40,843 nucleotides of DNA from a virus: the IMG/VR virus record IMGVR_UViG_3300005467_000022, positions 1 through 40,843 of that record; one strand, written 5' to 3'. Made by a program: the position numbers and the translations under genes. Each line of letters opens with the position of its first letter. Position 1 is the stretch's first letter. Positions 1 through 8,507 of this stretch are shown here, piece by piece. The notes under the pieces were generated by a model, which was not told the DNA's origin, did not search any database, and saw only the letters and a list, made by a program, of their open reading frames with translations.

Positions 1-60
1 CGTCGTCCACGTCGTCGGGACCGAACACCGCGTGCGGGTACGCGTCCGAGATCATGCGCC
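1..60. repeat. 60-bp terminal direct repeat, identical to 40784..40843; circular-assembly overlap
   Basis: The first 60 nt (cgtcgtccacgtcgtcggg...gagatcatgcgcc) recur exactly as the last 60 nt. The repeat lies in phase inside a minus-strand tail gene. Confidence 0.9.
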
Positions 61-496
61 TGATCTCGGCCACGGCGGACGCCCCTTGCTGTGAGGCGTA
101 GGGCTGCTCGAAGTCGTCGACGACCACGTCGGCCGCGAGGTCGTCGGCCCGGAACGTGACCTCCCCATCGGCCCCCAGGCGTGCGCTGTAGACCCGGCCG
201 GTGAAGACCGGGAACAGGTCGCGGTCCCCGTTCGGGTAGCCGACCCCGGCGCTGATCTGGACGATCGCCCGGTGGGGGCTGAAGACGTCGGCGGAGGTGA
301 GCGGCATCCACTCGGCGCTGAGGGTGAAGGTCGCCGACCGGGTCACCCGCGACTGGAGCTGGGCCGACACGGACCCGGTCTGCACTGGCACGTCCTCTGC
401 CAGGAGCGTGCCGTCCGGGGTGCGCACGGTGACCACCGCGACCCGCCGGTGAGGGTACGGGTACGCCGCCTCGTACAGTGCCGATCCGGTGAGCAT
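1..496 (-). CDS. Minor tail protein, baseplate-hub-like; N-terminal part of a gene that crosses the circular junction and continues at 40185..40783
   Basis: The ATG at 496 shares one nt with the upstream TGA (TGATG). My manual translation (MLTGSALYEAAYPYPHRRVAVVTVRTPDG...) has no stop down to nt 1. nt 55 equals ATG 40838, so the frame is continuous and the joined product is 364 aa. Confidence 0.7.
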   Translation of the reverse strand, partial: MLTGSALYEAAYPYPHRRVAVVTVRTPDGTLLAEDVPVQTGSVSAQLQSRVTRSATFTLSAEWMPLTSADVFSPHRAIVQISAGVGYPNGDRDLFPVFTGRVYSARLGADGEVTFRADDLAADVVVDDFEQPYASQQGASAVAEIRRMISDAYPHAVFGPDDVDD

Positions 497-1104
497 CAGT
501 AGATCCCGGCCCAGTGCGCGGTCACGTGCGCCGTGCGCGAGGCCATGGTGATGCTCGCGGGGAGGGTGGTCTGGGCCGTCGGCCCGGTCGCCCACAGGGC
601 GGTCGCGACCGCGTTGGTCCCATTGATGAGGCTCTGGTGGTTGGCGTTCTGGGCGGCGGCGATCTGCGGTGGCGTGGTGCCCGCGAAGAGCATCGCGACG
701 TACAGGGACTGCCCGGCCGTCGCCGCGTACGGCGCGGTGAAGGCGGTCTGCTGCATGCCGGTCGCGCCCCATGCGCCGGTGGTGTTGGCACTCACCGCGA
801 CCTGGGCCCCGGCGCTGGTGTACAGCCCGGTGTAGGCGGCGGTGAGCCCGGCCGCAGCCGCAGCCCGGTAGAGGTAGGTGCCGTTGACGGTGAGCGCCCG
901 CGACAGGGCCGGGAGCCGCATCATCACCACGGTGCCGCTCACCGGAGCCGTACCACTGAAGGCGATTGCGTGCCACGGGTGGAAGTTCCAGGTCTGGAAC
1001 CCGAGGTCGCCGGGGTTGAAGGCGGTCTCGCCCAGTGTGGAGAGGGCGGTGTTGAGGGGTGTTCCCCACCCCGAGGACCCGATGACCGGGACGGTGATGC
1101 TCAT
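496..1104 (-). CDS. Putative minor tail protein (202 aa)
   Basis: A GGAGG RBS precedes the ATG at 1104, which follows directly after the upstream TAG. The sequence is Ala/Gly/Thr-rich and beta-type, similar in character to 7474..8145, and sits in the tail module. Confidence 0.5.
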   Translation of the reverse strand: MSITVPVIGSSGWGTPLNTALSTLGETAFNPGDLGFQTWNFHPWHAIAFSGTAPVSGTVVMMRLPALSRALTVNGTYLYRAAAAAGLTAAYTGLYTSAGAQVAVSANTTGAWGATGMQQTAFTAPYAATAGQSLYVAMLFAGTTPPQIAAAQNANHQSLINGTNAVATALWATGPTAQTTLPASITMASRTAHVTAHWAGIY

Positions 1105-2025
1105 CTAGCCTCCGTAGAGTCCTGCGCCGTACAGTCCGTCGCCGTAGCCGAGCGGCTCGGGGCCGGACGCGATCCCGGCCGCCGCGTCGGCCCAGGTGTA
1201 GCCGGACGCCGTGTAGTCCCCCATCGTGGGGTAGGTCTCCGCCAGCACGCACCAGTTGGCGGTGTCGGTCCCCTGCGGCGGTCCGACAGGGGCGTCGACT
1301 GCGGTGAGCGGAACGCTCCACAGGCGCGCCGGCTTGCGCTGGTCCTGGCCCAGCACCGACTCCGTCAGATCGTCCGGCTGGTAATAGCGGTCCCGCTGGG
1401 AGCGCGGGTAGTCCATGGCGTAGACGGCCGGGACCTGGATCAGCAGTGGGCCGCCCACGGTGTAGAGGTCGTAGACGTCGTCGATGCTGGCGCGGGTGCG
1501 GCTGAGGAAGCGGGCCGAGGTGGTGATGTCCTTGCGGCGCGCGTAGACGTCGGCGGGACGCTCGCGGTCGAGCACAGGGAAGAGCCCGGCGTCCGCCGCC
1601 CGTACCCGGTCGGTGAAGCCGACCCAGGCCCGCGGGGGCTGGGGTACGGGACCGCAGTCCTCGTCATCGCGCGAGGGTGTCAGGCACAGGTCCAGGGACA
1701 GGTCCGCCCACGGCCGCCCCGGGTCCTTCATCCACACCAGGCCGTTGCCGGGGACTGTGAAGGGACCGGCTGTCATCACCGAGCCGTCGTCCGCCGTGGC
1801 GGTGTACCAGACTGGTTCGTCGAGCCGGGCCTCGTGGTCGGAGACGTACGCCTTCTGCCCCAGGAGCAGCGCATCGTCCAGGCCGCGCACGTACTCGCCT
1901 GGGGCCGTGAGCGAGCCCACGTGGCGGGTGAGTGTGGCGCGCACCTGCGAGCCCGGCGTGGCTGTGAAGTCGACGAAGAGGTCGATGCGCGCGTTGGCCG
2001 CGTCCACGGTTCCGGTCAGTGGCAT
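1105..2025 (-). CDS. Minor tail protein in the distal-tail-protein slot (306 aa)
   Basis: This is the first ORF after the tape measure stop (TAG 2029-2031, ATG 2025). The function is assigned from synteny only. Confidence 0.55.
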   Translation of the reverse strand: MPLTGTVDAANARIDLFVDFTATPGSQVRATLTRHVGSLTAPGEYVRGLDDALLLGQKAYVSDHEARLDEPVWYTATADDGSVMTAGPFTVPGNGLVWMKDPGRPWADLSLDLCLTPSRDDEDCGPVPQPPRAWVGFTDRVRAADAGLFPVLDRERPADVYARRKDITTSARFLSRTRASIDDVYDLYTVGGPLLIQVPAVYAMDYPRSQRDRYYQPDDLTESVLGQDQRKPARLWSVPLTAVDAPVGPPQGTDTANWCVLAETYPTMGDYTASGYTWADAAAGIASGPEPLGYGDGLYGAGLYGG

Positions 2026-2028
2026 GGT

Positions 2029-4629
2029 CTACCGTCCCGTTCCCTGAGCCGCGAGGCGGTCGCGTTTGCGGTTGTTGTCTTCCACGATCCGCTGCATGTA
2101 GCCGGTGAGGCGGTCGTTGCCGATGTACACCGAGACGTTGGGGGCCGCGATGCTGGCGGTGACGTTCGTCCTCGGGGCCGACAGCAGCGACGTGGCGGAA
2201 CCGAGCGATCCGGCCACGCCGAGGGACGGCCCCGGCAGCGTCGCGGTGGAGCCTCCCACGAGCGAGGCCATGGCCCGGTCGACCGTGTCCCCGCTGGAGA
2301 GGATGCCGCGAGCGAAGTCCTGGCTGAGCGACATGCCCCGGTAGAGCGAGTAGCCACGGCCGGAGAGGGGGCCGCGTTTGGCCGGGGAGCCGGGGAGGAA
2401 GTCGGTCACGGCGCCGACCACGCTCTTCGCGGCGCTGATCGCGGAGCTGATCATGGACTTGATGCCGCTCACGAAGGAGCTGAGGAGGGATCGGCCCGCG
2501 TTGTAGAAGGCGCCCGCGTAGGAGCCGATGATCCCCACCGCGCGTGAGCCCAGGGTGCCGAGTGCTGCGAGGGTGTCTGCCACACCGCTCTTCGCGGCGC
2601 TCACGAAGCCCCGGAAGGCACGCTGCGCACCGCTCGGCAGCAGCGAGACCAGGCGGTTGACGACGGTCACGATCAGGTTCCCGAAGGTCGTGACGGTGTT
2701 GCCGATGAACGCGCCGACCTGACCGACGATGTTCCCGAGGTTGCGCCACGCGGCCGAGAAATTGCCGGACAGCAGATTGCCGATGAGCTGGATCGCCGGG
2801 CCCGCGATGCCGATCAGGGTGGAGACGAAGTCCACCACGACATCGATGACCGCCTTCACGGCGGAGACGATGTTGGTCAGGGTGGCCGTGACGAACGCCG
2901 CCGCCTCCACCAGGATCACGATCGCCCCGACCAGGGTCGTGCCGATGAGCGGCGCGAGCTGGGCGATGAGCGGTGTCAGTTCCACGATCAGGGCGGAGAT
3001 CTGGGTGAACAGGTCAGCCAGGAACGGCAGCGACTCGACCAGCGCCTTGATGCCCTCGTCCACGAGCGGCGTGAGCGCGGTGAGGAGCAGCCCGGCGTTG
3101 TCCGCAAGCTGCTGGAAGAGCGGGGCCAGCACCGCGATGAGATCGGAGAGACGGTCCGCCAGGAGCGCCACCAGCGTCTGCACCGGGGGGACCAGCGTCT
3201 GCACCACGGGACCGAGGGCTGCCAGCGCCTGACCCAGGAGCGGGAGCACACTGGACACGAGGTCGCTGCCGAGTGCGATGAGCGCGTTCAGGGTGTCCTG
3301 GAAAGCGTCCGTCGCGGTGGCGTCCTGGAACGCCTGGGTGATCTTCTCCAGTGTTCCGAAGAGCCCCTCCCCCGAGGTCTCCGCCACACTGAGGATGTTG
3401 CCGAGACCGCCGAAGACGTTGCCGATCACGCGCCCGAGCTGAGCGATGGTGTCGATGGCCCGGTCGATCGCCTTCTCCAGTGCGCCCGACTTCGCCGCCT
3501 TGTCCAGCTTGTTGGTGAGGTTGTCGGCGACCTTGGCGATCCCGTCGGTGACCCGCTTCAGGCCCGGCGATCCCCCCGCCGCGAGCTTGAAGATCGCGTT
3601 GAGCACCTGACCGGGGATGCGCTCCAGGCTCTGGAACGCGACGCGGCTCCCGTCGAGCGCTTTGCCCAGCGTGCCGTCCTTGCCGAGCCGGGTGGCGGTT
3701 GCACCGACGTCCTTGCCCATACGGTTGAACGAGTCGGCGAACCCCTCGGTGGTGCGCCTCAGTGCGGGCAGGGTGGCCGCGCCGACGGTCCTGAGGGTGC
3801 CGTCCAGGCCTTTGAACAGCCGGTCCTGTACGTCCAGACGCAGGTCCAGGAATCCCTGGCGCATCCCCTGGAGGACGCCGACGAACTTCTGGGCGTTGGG
3901 GCTGAGGTTGGCCAGCGCCTCTTGCAGCTTCTTCGGGTCCTGCTTGAGTGCGAAGACCTCGGACACGGCGTCGCTGACCCCGCTCAGGCCCAACTTGAGC
4001 GTCTGGGTGGCGGCGGTGACGCCGACCAGCGCGGTGACGCCGACGGCTGCGGCCGGCGCCATGTTGCCGATCTCGGCCGCCAGGCCCGCGACCAGTGGCA
4101 CGGCGGTGGACGCCACCGAGGCCAGCGAGAGGATCTTCCCGCTCGTGGCGGCCACGCCCAGGCCCGCACGCGCGAACCCGCTGAAGGTGCTGAGCAGGCG
4201 GCCGACACGGTCGTTGCCCTCGTCCGCGTCGTCCCCGATGCGGCGCAGTCCGTCCGTGTCGTCCCCGAGACTGCGGCTGGAGTCCCCCAGATCGCCGAGG
4301 GTGTCGTTGAGCCGGAGCAGGTTCAGGTTGGTGTTCGTGCTCTCGGCCCTGATGCGGCTCAGCTCGGAGGTGAGACTGTCCGCGAGACGGGAGAAGTTGG
4401 CGTCCATGCTGTCGGTGACGCGCTGGAAGCCGCGCCCCAGCACCTCCGACTGGAAGTCGGACTCCTGGATGATCGTCCGCCGCAGGCTGGAGGTGTCCAG
4501 GTCCACGCGCAGGTCGACCGTGGGGGCGCGCCGTTCGGCGTCGTTGACGATGCGTACGAGCTGGGCCCGCATGGACCGGTCGGCGCCGGTGGCGTCGACC
4601 ACCAGGTTGACCACGGCCTCGGAGGACAT
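2029..4629 (-). CDS. Tail tape measure protein (866 aa)
   Basis: It is the largest ORF in the tail module and follows the chaperone pair. It has long Ala/Leu/Gly-rich hydrophobic repeats (e.g. LAPLIGTTLVGAIVILVEAAAF) and a GGGAGG RBS before ATG 4629. Confidence 0.85.
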   Translation of the reverse strand: MSSEAVVNLVVDATGADRSMRAQLVRIVNDAERRAPTVDLRVDLDTSSLRRTIIQESDFQSEVLGRGFQRVTDSMDANFSRLADSLTSELSRIRAESTNTNLNLLRLNDTLGDLGDSSRSLGDDTDGLRRIGDDADEGNDRVGRLLSTFSGFARAGLGVAATSGKILSLASVASTAVPLVAGLAAEIGNMAPAAAVGVTALVGVTAATQTLKLGLSGVSDAVSEVFALKQDPKKLQEALANLSPNAQKFVGVLQGMRQGFLDLRLDVQDRLFKGLDGTLRTVGAATLPALRRTTEGFADSFNRMGKDVGATATRLGKDGTLGKALDGSRVAFQSLERIPGQVLNAIFKLAAGGSPGLKRVTDGIAKVADNLTNKLDKAAKSGALEKAIDRAIDTIAQLGRVIGNVFGGLGNILSVAETSGEGLFGTLEKITQAFQDATATDAFQDTLNALIALGSDLVSSVLPLLGQALAALGPVVQTLVPPVQTLVALLADRLSDLIAVLAPLFQQLADNAGLLLTALTPLVDEGIKALVESLPFLADLFTQISALIVELTPLIAQLAPLIGTTLVGAIVILVEAAAFVTATLTNIVSAVKAVIDVVVDFVSTLIGIAGPAIQLIGNLLSGNFSAAWRNLGNIVGQVGAFIGNTVTTFGNLIVTVVNRLVSLLPSGAQRAFRGFVSAAKSGVADTLAALGTLGSRAVGIIGSYAGAFYNAGRSLLSSFVSGIKSMISSAISAAKSVVGAVTDFLPGSPAKRGPLSGRGYSLYRGMSLSQDFARGILSSGDTVDRAMASLVGGSTATLPGPSLGVAGSLGSATSLLSAPRTNVTASIAAPNVSVYIGNDRLTGYMQRIVEDNNRKRDRLAAQGTGR

Positions 4630-4659
4630 CCGCTCACCTCCCTCTCAGGGGGAAGTGTC

Positions 4660-5322
4660 TCACCCGATGCTCACGCCGGGCATGCCCCGCAGGCGCTCCA
4701 CCACCGAGGACAGATCCTCTTCCGGCTGCTGCGCCACGGCCTCGGGCGGCACCATGGTCAATTCCGCCTCCATGCGCATGCGGTCCGTGTCAGGCAGTCC
4801 GCTCATGATGAGCGAGCGCATGGCCGCGAGGAAGGCGGCGAGAGTCAGACGGTTCGGGTCGAGCCCCTTCAGCAGAAGCGCCCCCAGCGCTTCGGGCGTG
4901 AGCGCGTACGAGGCCAGCCGCTCCGCCTCCCACCACGGGCAGCCCGCAGCCCGGGACAGCAGCTCGCGGGCCATCTCGCTGAGGTAGGGGCCGTCGGCGT
5001 CGCCCTCTTCCGCGTGGTCCAGGAAGCGCCCGCGCGACTCGGGCGTGAGGGCGTACAGCACTTCCACGGCCCATTGGGGATGGCTCAGCATCGTCATCCA
5101 GCGGGCCGCGTTGCGGGCGGGGATGGTGTAGTCGGCGCCGCGCACGGTGACTGTGAAGGGGCCGGAGCGGAAGGCGGCGTCGCGGAACTCAGACACGGCG
5201 GGGCGCCCGGTCCTGCGGGGGTGCAACCGGAACCGGGTCCACCAGGAGTACCCCGGGGTCGGTGGTGGTGGTGCCGGGCACAGGAGCGTCCCACTGGAAC
5301 TTGACCAGCTCCTCGGCCACAC
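4660..5322 (-). CDS. Tail assembly chaperone, downstream (T-like) reading frame; probably expressed as a frameshift fusion with 5189..5563
   Basis: The frame is open from 5322 and overlaps the upstream chaperone ORF by 134 nt. It lies in the +1 frame relative to that ORF. It contains FTVTVRGADYTIPARNAARWM and GCPWWEAERL, which I recall as typical of actinophage chaperones. An alternative own GTG start is at 5196. Confidence 0.6.
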   Translation of the reverse strand: MWPRSWSSSSGTLLCPAPPPPTPGYSWWTRFRLHPRRTGRPAVSEFRDAAFRSGPFTVTVRGADYTIPARNAARWMTMLSHPQWAVEVLYALTPESRGRFLDHAEEGDADGPYLSEMARELLSRAAGCPWWEAERLASYALTPEALGALLLKGLDPNRLTLAAFLAAMRSLIMSGLPDTDRMRMEAELTMVPPEAVAQQPEEDLSSVVERLRGMPGVSIG

Positions 5323-5563
5323 GCATGAGTTCCTCGGGGTGGACGGTGCCCTCGATGAGGGCTTCCTCCACCACGCTCTCCCAGGCCTCGGGGCCGGCCA
5401 GCTTCTCCAGCACCCGCAGAACCCGGCGCACGGTGCGGCCGGTCTCGGCGTCGCTGCCCGCGCGCGAGAGCGCGAGCGCGAAGAGCTGGCTGTCCGTGGG
5501 CCGGATGAGGATCAGTTCGGTGTCTCCGAAGGGGAAGGCTGCGCGCTGTGTCGTGTCGTCCAT
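5189..5563 (-). CDS. Tail assembly chaperone, upstream (G-like) ORF (124 aa)
   Basis: A small acidic ORF lying upstream of the T-like frame and the tape measure, with a Pro-rich C-terminus overlapping the next frame. Confidence 0.6.
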   Translation of the reverse strand: MDDTTQRAAFPFGDTELILIRPTDSQLFALALSRAGSDAETGRTVRRVLRVLEKLAGPEAWESVVEEALIEGTVHPEELMRVAEELVKFQWDAPVPGTTTTDPGVLLVDPVPVAPPQDRAPRRV

Positions 5564-5584
5564 GTCACGAGGATACGAGACCGG

Positions 5585-5995
5585 TCAGTCCCCGCTGATG
5601 CGGTAGCCGCGTCCCGCAGTCACCTGGGCGATGGCCCGGTCCAGGAAGGGGCGCGCCCGGGTCCCGGGGTGGTGGACGATCTTTGCGTACACGACCTGGT
5701 TGCCGACCCGGAAGCGCAGGGCCTGCGCGGTGCGGGGCCGGATGATGTGCGGGCGCGTGCCGTCGTGGACGTACCGCGCGTAGCTGACGTCAGCCGCCAC
5801 CGTCACCTGCGGACGCAGGGTCCAGGTCCGGCTGTACACCGGCGGCCCGATGCTCGCGCGGAGTCTCCCCGTATCCACCGGAGCCAAAACCTTCGCCCGG
5901 TTCACCACCTGCGGCCCCACGGTCCGCAGCTCGCTCATGCTCGCGCCCCGGATCGCCCTTCGCAGGTCGGCCCGGTCGATCCTGATCCGGCCCAT
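5585..5995 (-). CDS. HK97 gp10-like head-tail joining / tail completion protein (136 aa)
   Basis: The motif APVDTGRLRASI and the length fit the HK97 gp10 family as I recall it. A strong GGAGG RBS precedes ATG 5995. Confidence 0.6.
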   Translation of the reverse strand: MGRIRIDRADLRRAIRGASMSELRTVGPQVVNRAKVLAPVDTGRLRASIGPPVYSRTWTLRPQVTVAADVSYARYVHDGTRPHIIRPRTAQALRFRVGNQVVYAKIVHHPGTRARPFLDRAIAQVTAGRGYRISGD

Positions 5996-6119
5996 CGCTC
6001 ACCTCCACCAGCCCGGCCCGCTCGTAGGCGCGCAGCAGCGCCGTGTCGTCCACGGTGCCGGTGCTCCCGGCCTGGAGACCGTTGAAGCTGGTCAGCACCT
6101 TGATCTGTACGGTTTTCAA
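5790..6119 (-). CDS. Small connector-region ORF; only about the first 42 codons look coding
   Basis: A TTG start follows directly after the upstream TAG, with an AGGAG RBS. The N-terminus MKTVQIKVLTSFNGLQAGSTGTVDDTALLRAYERAGLVEV is plausible. The remaining 65 codons overlap 5585..5995 out of frame and have poor third-position G+C. Confidence 0.35.
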   Translation of the reverse strand: MKTVQIKVLTSFNGLQAGSTGTVDDTALLRAYERAGLVEVSDGPDQDRPGRPAKGDPGREHERAADRGAAGGEPGEGFGSGGYGETPREHRAAGVQPDLDPASAGDGGG

Positions 6120-6635
6120 CTAACACTCCTGGCAATCGAGCCACACGGTCACGGTCAGGGTGCCGCCGGTGCAGCCCCCGGACGAGTCGAGCGGAGTCCA
6201 GGTCCCGGGCAGAATGCGGTACACCGCGCTGTTGCCGGTCAACGCAGCATCGGTACAGCACACGGCCCGACGCATGCGGGCGGCGTCGGTGTCGATGCGC
6301 GCCGCAAGCGTGGTCCAGTCCTCGCACGAGGGGCCCTTCGCGGCGGTGCCGAAGGGCTGGCACCGGGCCACCCCCAGCTCCAGCGTGAGCCGCCTCCCCG
6401 TGGTGTCGCAGGGGTTGTACCCGGCGTTCTGCGCCTCGTCCGGGTCCACCACCGGGGCGATCTCGGTGATGCGCACCCAGCCGAGCCCGGCGCAGCACTC
6501 GTCCTCGGCGGTGCCGAAGTCGAGCCGGACCTCGCTGCCGGGGCGGTGGCAGATCTCTGCGGGCTTTCCCGCGTCGTCCTCGTAGGCCGCGTCGAGACAG
6601 GAGACGAGGACACCGGCGATCTCGAAGGGGGTCAC
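6120..6635 (-). CDS. Cys-rich head-tail connector protein (171 aa)
   Basis: The start overlaps the stop of the upstream adaptor-like gene. The motifs ECCAGLGWVRI, ARC and CTGG...DCQEC resemble actinophage connector/stopper proteins as I recall them. Confidence 0.5.
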   Translation of the reverse strand: MTPFEIAGVLVSCLDAAYEDDAGKPAEICHRPGSEVRLDFGTAEDECCAGLGWVRITEIAPVVDPDEAQNAGYNPCDTTGRRLTLELGVARCQPFGTAAKGPSCEDWTTLAARIDTDAARMRRAVCCTDAALTGNSAVYRILPGTWTPLDSSGGCTGGTLTVTVWLDCQEC

Positions 6636-7462
6636 GGGTACACCACCGGGTGCCGGGGGAGGTCGGGGGACATGACGCGGGCGCGGCGCTTGAGGCCGTA
6701 CGGGTTGGCTGCGGTGATGAACAGGTCCACCTCACGGATGCCGGTGCGGCCGTCGGTGAAGACCGTCTGCGGGTCGACGAACTCGACATCCACGCCCTGG
6801 CGGGACAGGGACGCGATCTGCGCCGGGAGTCCGCACGCCGCACCCGCGCACGCCTTGGCGAACTCGGACGCCAGCATCCCCGCCGCGATCTGCCCCGAGA
6901 GCGGGAGCGGGCGCCCCGGCTGGAAGGTCACCGAGAAGGTGCCGTCCTCGGTGTCGGGCCGGGACGGGTCCTGGCACGCGGGCCAGCACGGGCCCCCGTC
7001 GGTGCGCGCCAGCCACTGGCCCACGAGGCCGTACGAGGCGGGGTCGAGAACGTTGCCGTTGACCTTCACCTCGGTGATGGCGGCGACCGGAATCCCGAGG
7101 TCGACCCGGCACGCGGGAGCGCAGTCGCACCCGCCCGCGCAGGCACAGTTGCGCCAGACCCCGTTGGCCACGTACGGGCTCATCCACGGCCCCGGCACCG
7201 TCCCCGAGGGCGCGCCCGCCGGGAAGGTCTGGTACCCGCTGTACAGCCCGCACGAGGGGCCGCACGGCCGTACGGTGACTGGGCACTGGGCGAACTGGCG
7301 CCCGGTCAGCGCATCGAGCACGTACACGGCCAGCGCCGTTGCGCGTGCCTGTTGCTCAGGGGTGTACGAGGACCATGCCGTGTCGCACGACACGTCGATC
7401 GGCCACACGCACGGGCCCGGCACGGCGGCGATCGCCGCCGGCCCCGGTTCCACCACCGGCAT
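6632..7462 (-). CDS. Head-to-tail adaptor-like protein (276 aa)
   Basis: An AAGGAGG RBS precedes ATG 7462. The N-terminal motif CVWPIDVSC...ALAVYVLDALTGRQFAQCPVTVRPC matches the adaptor family pattern as I recall it. The 510-aa track ORF is an upstream shadow extension. Confidence 0.55.
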   Translation of the reverse strand: MPVVEPGPAAIAAVPGPCVWPIDVSCDTAWSSYTPEQQARATALAVYVLDALTGRQFAQCPVTVRPCGPSCGLYSGYQTFPAGAPSGTVPGPWMSPYVANGVWRNCACAGGCDCAPACRVDLGIPVAAITEVKVNGNVLDPASYGLVGQWLARTDGGPCWPACQDPSRPDTEDGTFSVTFQPGRPLPLSGQIAAGMLASEFAKACAGAACGLPAQIASLSRQGVDVEFVDPQTVFTDGRTGIREVDLFITAANPYGLKRRARVMSPDLPRHPVVYP

Positions 7463-7473
7463 GGCTGCCTCCT

Positions 7474-8145
7474 TCAGGTGAGCTGCACGGACAGTGAGGG
7501 CGCCTGAATGGCACCCGCTACAGCACCGTACGTGGCTGGGAGCGCCCCGGTCACTCCGTCGCGGTAGTAGCCGGAGTTGTTCGCCGCGATCGTGGGCGCG
7601 CTCTCGGAGACGCAGGGCTCCCAGGTGTCGCGTGAGCTGAGCCCGAGGTTGAGAAGACCGCCCTGCCGTGCCACCACCAGCCAGTGCAGCACGGGACGTA
7701 CCGCGACCGACAGGCCGGTGACGGACCGGATGCCGGTGACGCCCGTGGCGACGGTGCCCCAGTCCGCGACCAGACTGCCCGGCACGGCTCCGGCGTTCGC
7801 GTACAGGCCGAAGCGGATGTTGCCCCCGACCAGCGCGAGCGTGACGTTGGCCGCGATCCCGGTGACCGTGGCCGAACGGCCGGGCCAGAACGGAATGGCG
7901 AACAGCCTCCCGTCCGGCACGTTGGCGGCGGTGTTGGCGCCGTAGGCCGGGAACCCGTGCCACGCCCCGGACCGGATCACCGGCGCGTTGCCGGTGGGCC
8001 CGAGCGGGACGGGGCCGGTCGCGTCGGCGCCATGGAGCTGGGACAGGTCGGTGCGCCACCACAGGTCTCCCGCGTCCGTGGTGACGGCCGGGTCGGCACC
8101 GAGCCCGAGAAGTCGCGCCAGGTGCGCGAACCGGCGTGCGCTCAC
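7474..8145 (-). CDS. Fibre-like structural protein (223 aa)
   Basis: An N-terminal GDLWWRTD motif is followed by a Gly/Ala/Val-rich beta region similar in character to 496..1104. The start overlaps the stop of the upstream gene. Confidence 0.45.
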   Translation of the reverse strand: MSARRFAHLARLLGLGADPAVTTDAGDLWWRTDLSQLHGADATGPVPLGPTGNAPVIRSGAWHGFPAYGANTAANVPDGRLFAIPFWPGRSATVTGIAANVTLALVGGNIRFGLYANAGAVPGSLVADWGTVATGVTGIRSVTGLSVAVRPVLHWLVVARQGGLLNLGLSSRDTWEPCVSESAPTIAANNSGYYRDGVTGALPATYGAVAGAIQAPSLSVQLT

Positions 8146-8495
8146 GGACGGACCGGGACCACAAGGACGCGGTACGCGTTGGCGGCGGGGGCGGTGCCGA
8201 ACCCGACCGTCACCGTGTTGGGGTTGGTGCGGATCACGTCGATCTCGACGCTCTGCCCGGTGGCCTTGGCGTAGACCTGGACCTGTACGTCGAGCGTGCC
8301 CAGGCTGTGGGTCACGGTGAGCGTGGTGGCGGTGCCGTCCCCGATGTCCGCCGCATAGCTGTGGAGGGCGGCGGCAGCGACGGCCGCGTTGAGCTGGTCC
8401 AGGTTCACCCCGTCGGTGCCGACGGTGCCGGGCCCCAGCTCGGTGACCTTGAACCCGTTCAGATCCAGTTGGTTGTTGAACTGAATTCCGGGCAT
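8142..8495 (-). CDS. Small fibre-like protein with a C-terminal beta-sandwich module (117 aa)
   Basis: The N-terminus is LDLNGFKVTELGPGTVGTDGVNLDQLN. The C-terminal TVTHSLGTLDVQVQVY...NTVTVGF is paralogous to the C-terminus of 8508..8975. Confidence 0.5.
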   Translation of the reverse strand: MPGIQFNNQLDLNGFKVTELGPGTVGTDGVNLDQLNAAVAAAALHSYAADIGDGTATTLTVTHSLGTLDVQVQVYAKATGQSVEIDVIRTNPNTVTVGFGTAPAANAYRVLVVPVRP

Positions 8496-8507
8496 ATAGG
8501 GCGCTCC

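Noticed and set aside
1-60. The terminal 60-bp repeat as a physical direct terminal repeat or cos region.
   Set aside because: It lies inside, and in phase with, a 364-codon tail gene that is only complete when the ends are joined. It is an assembly overlap of a circular or permuted map.
514-2547. Very long plus-strand ORFs antisense to the structural and replication genes (for example 514-2547, 3617-4987, 3922-5304, 5850-7481, 23129-25015, 25198-27438).
   Set aside because: Their translations are Arg/Gly/Pro/Ala-rich low complexity, and they lie opposite ORFs with recognisable protein families and proper RBS or coupling. They are typical shadow ORFs of high-G+C DNA.
6632-8164. Long track ORFs implying N-terminal extensions, such as the 510-aa 6632-8164, the 200-aa 22013-22615, the 438-aa 13728-15044 and the 626-aa 22958-24838.
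   Set aside because: The extensions overlap upstream genes and translate to Arg/Pro/Gly low complexity. Internal starts with a strong RBS or ATGA/GTGA coupling give products that begin at recognisable N-termini.
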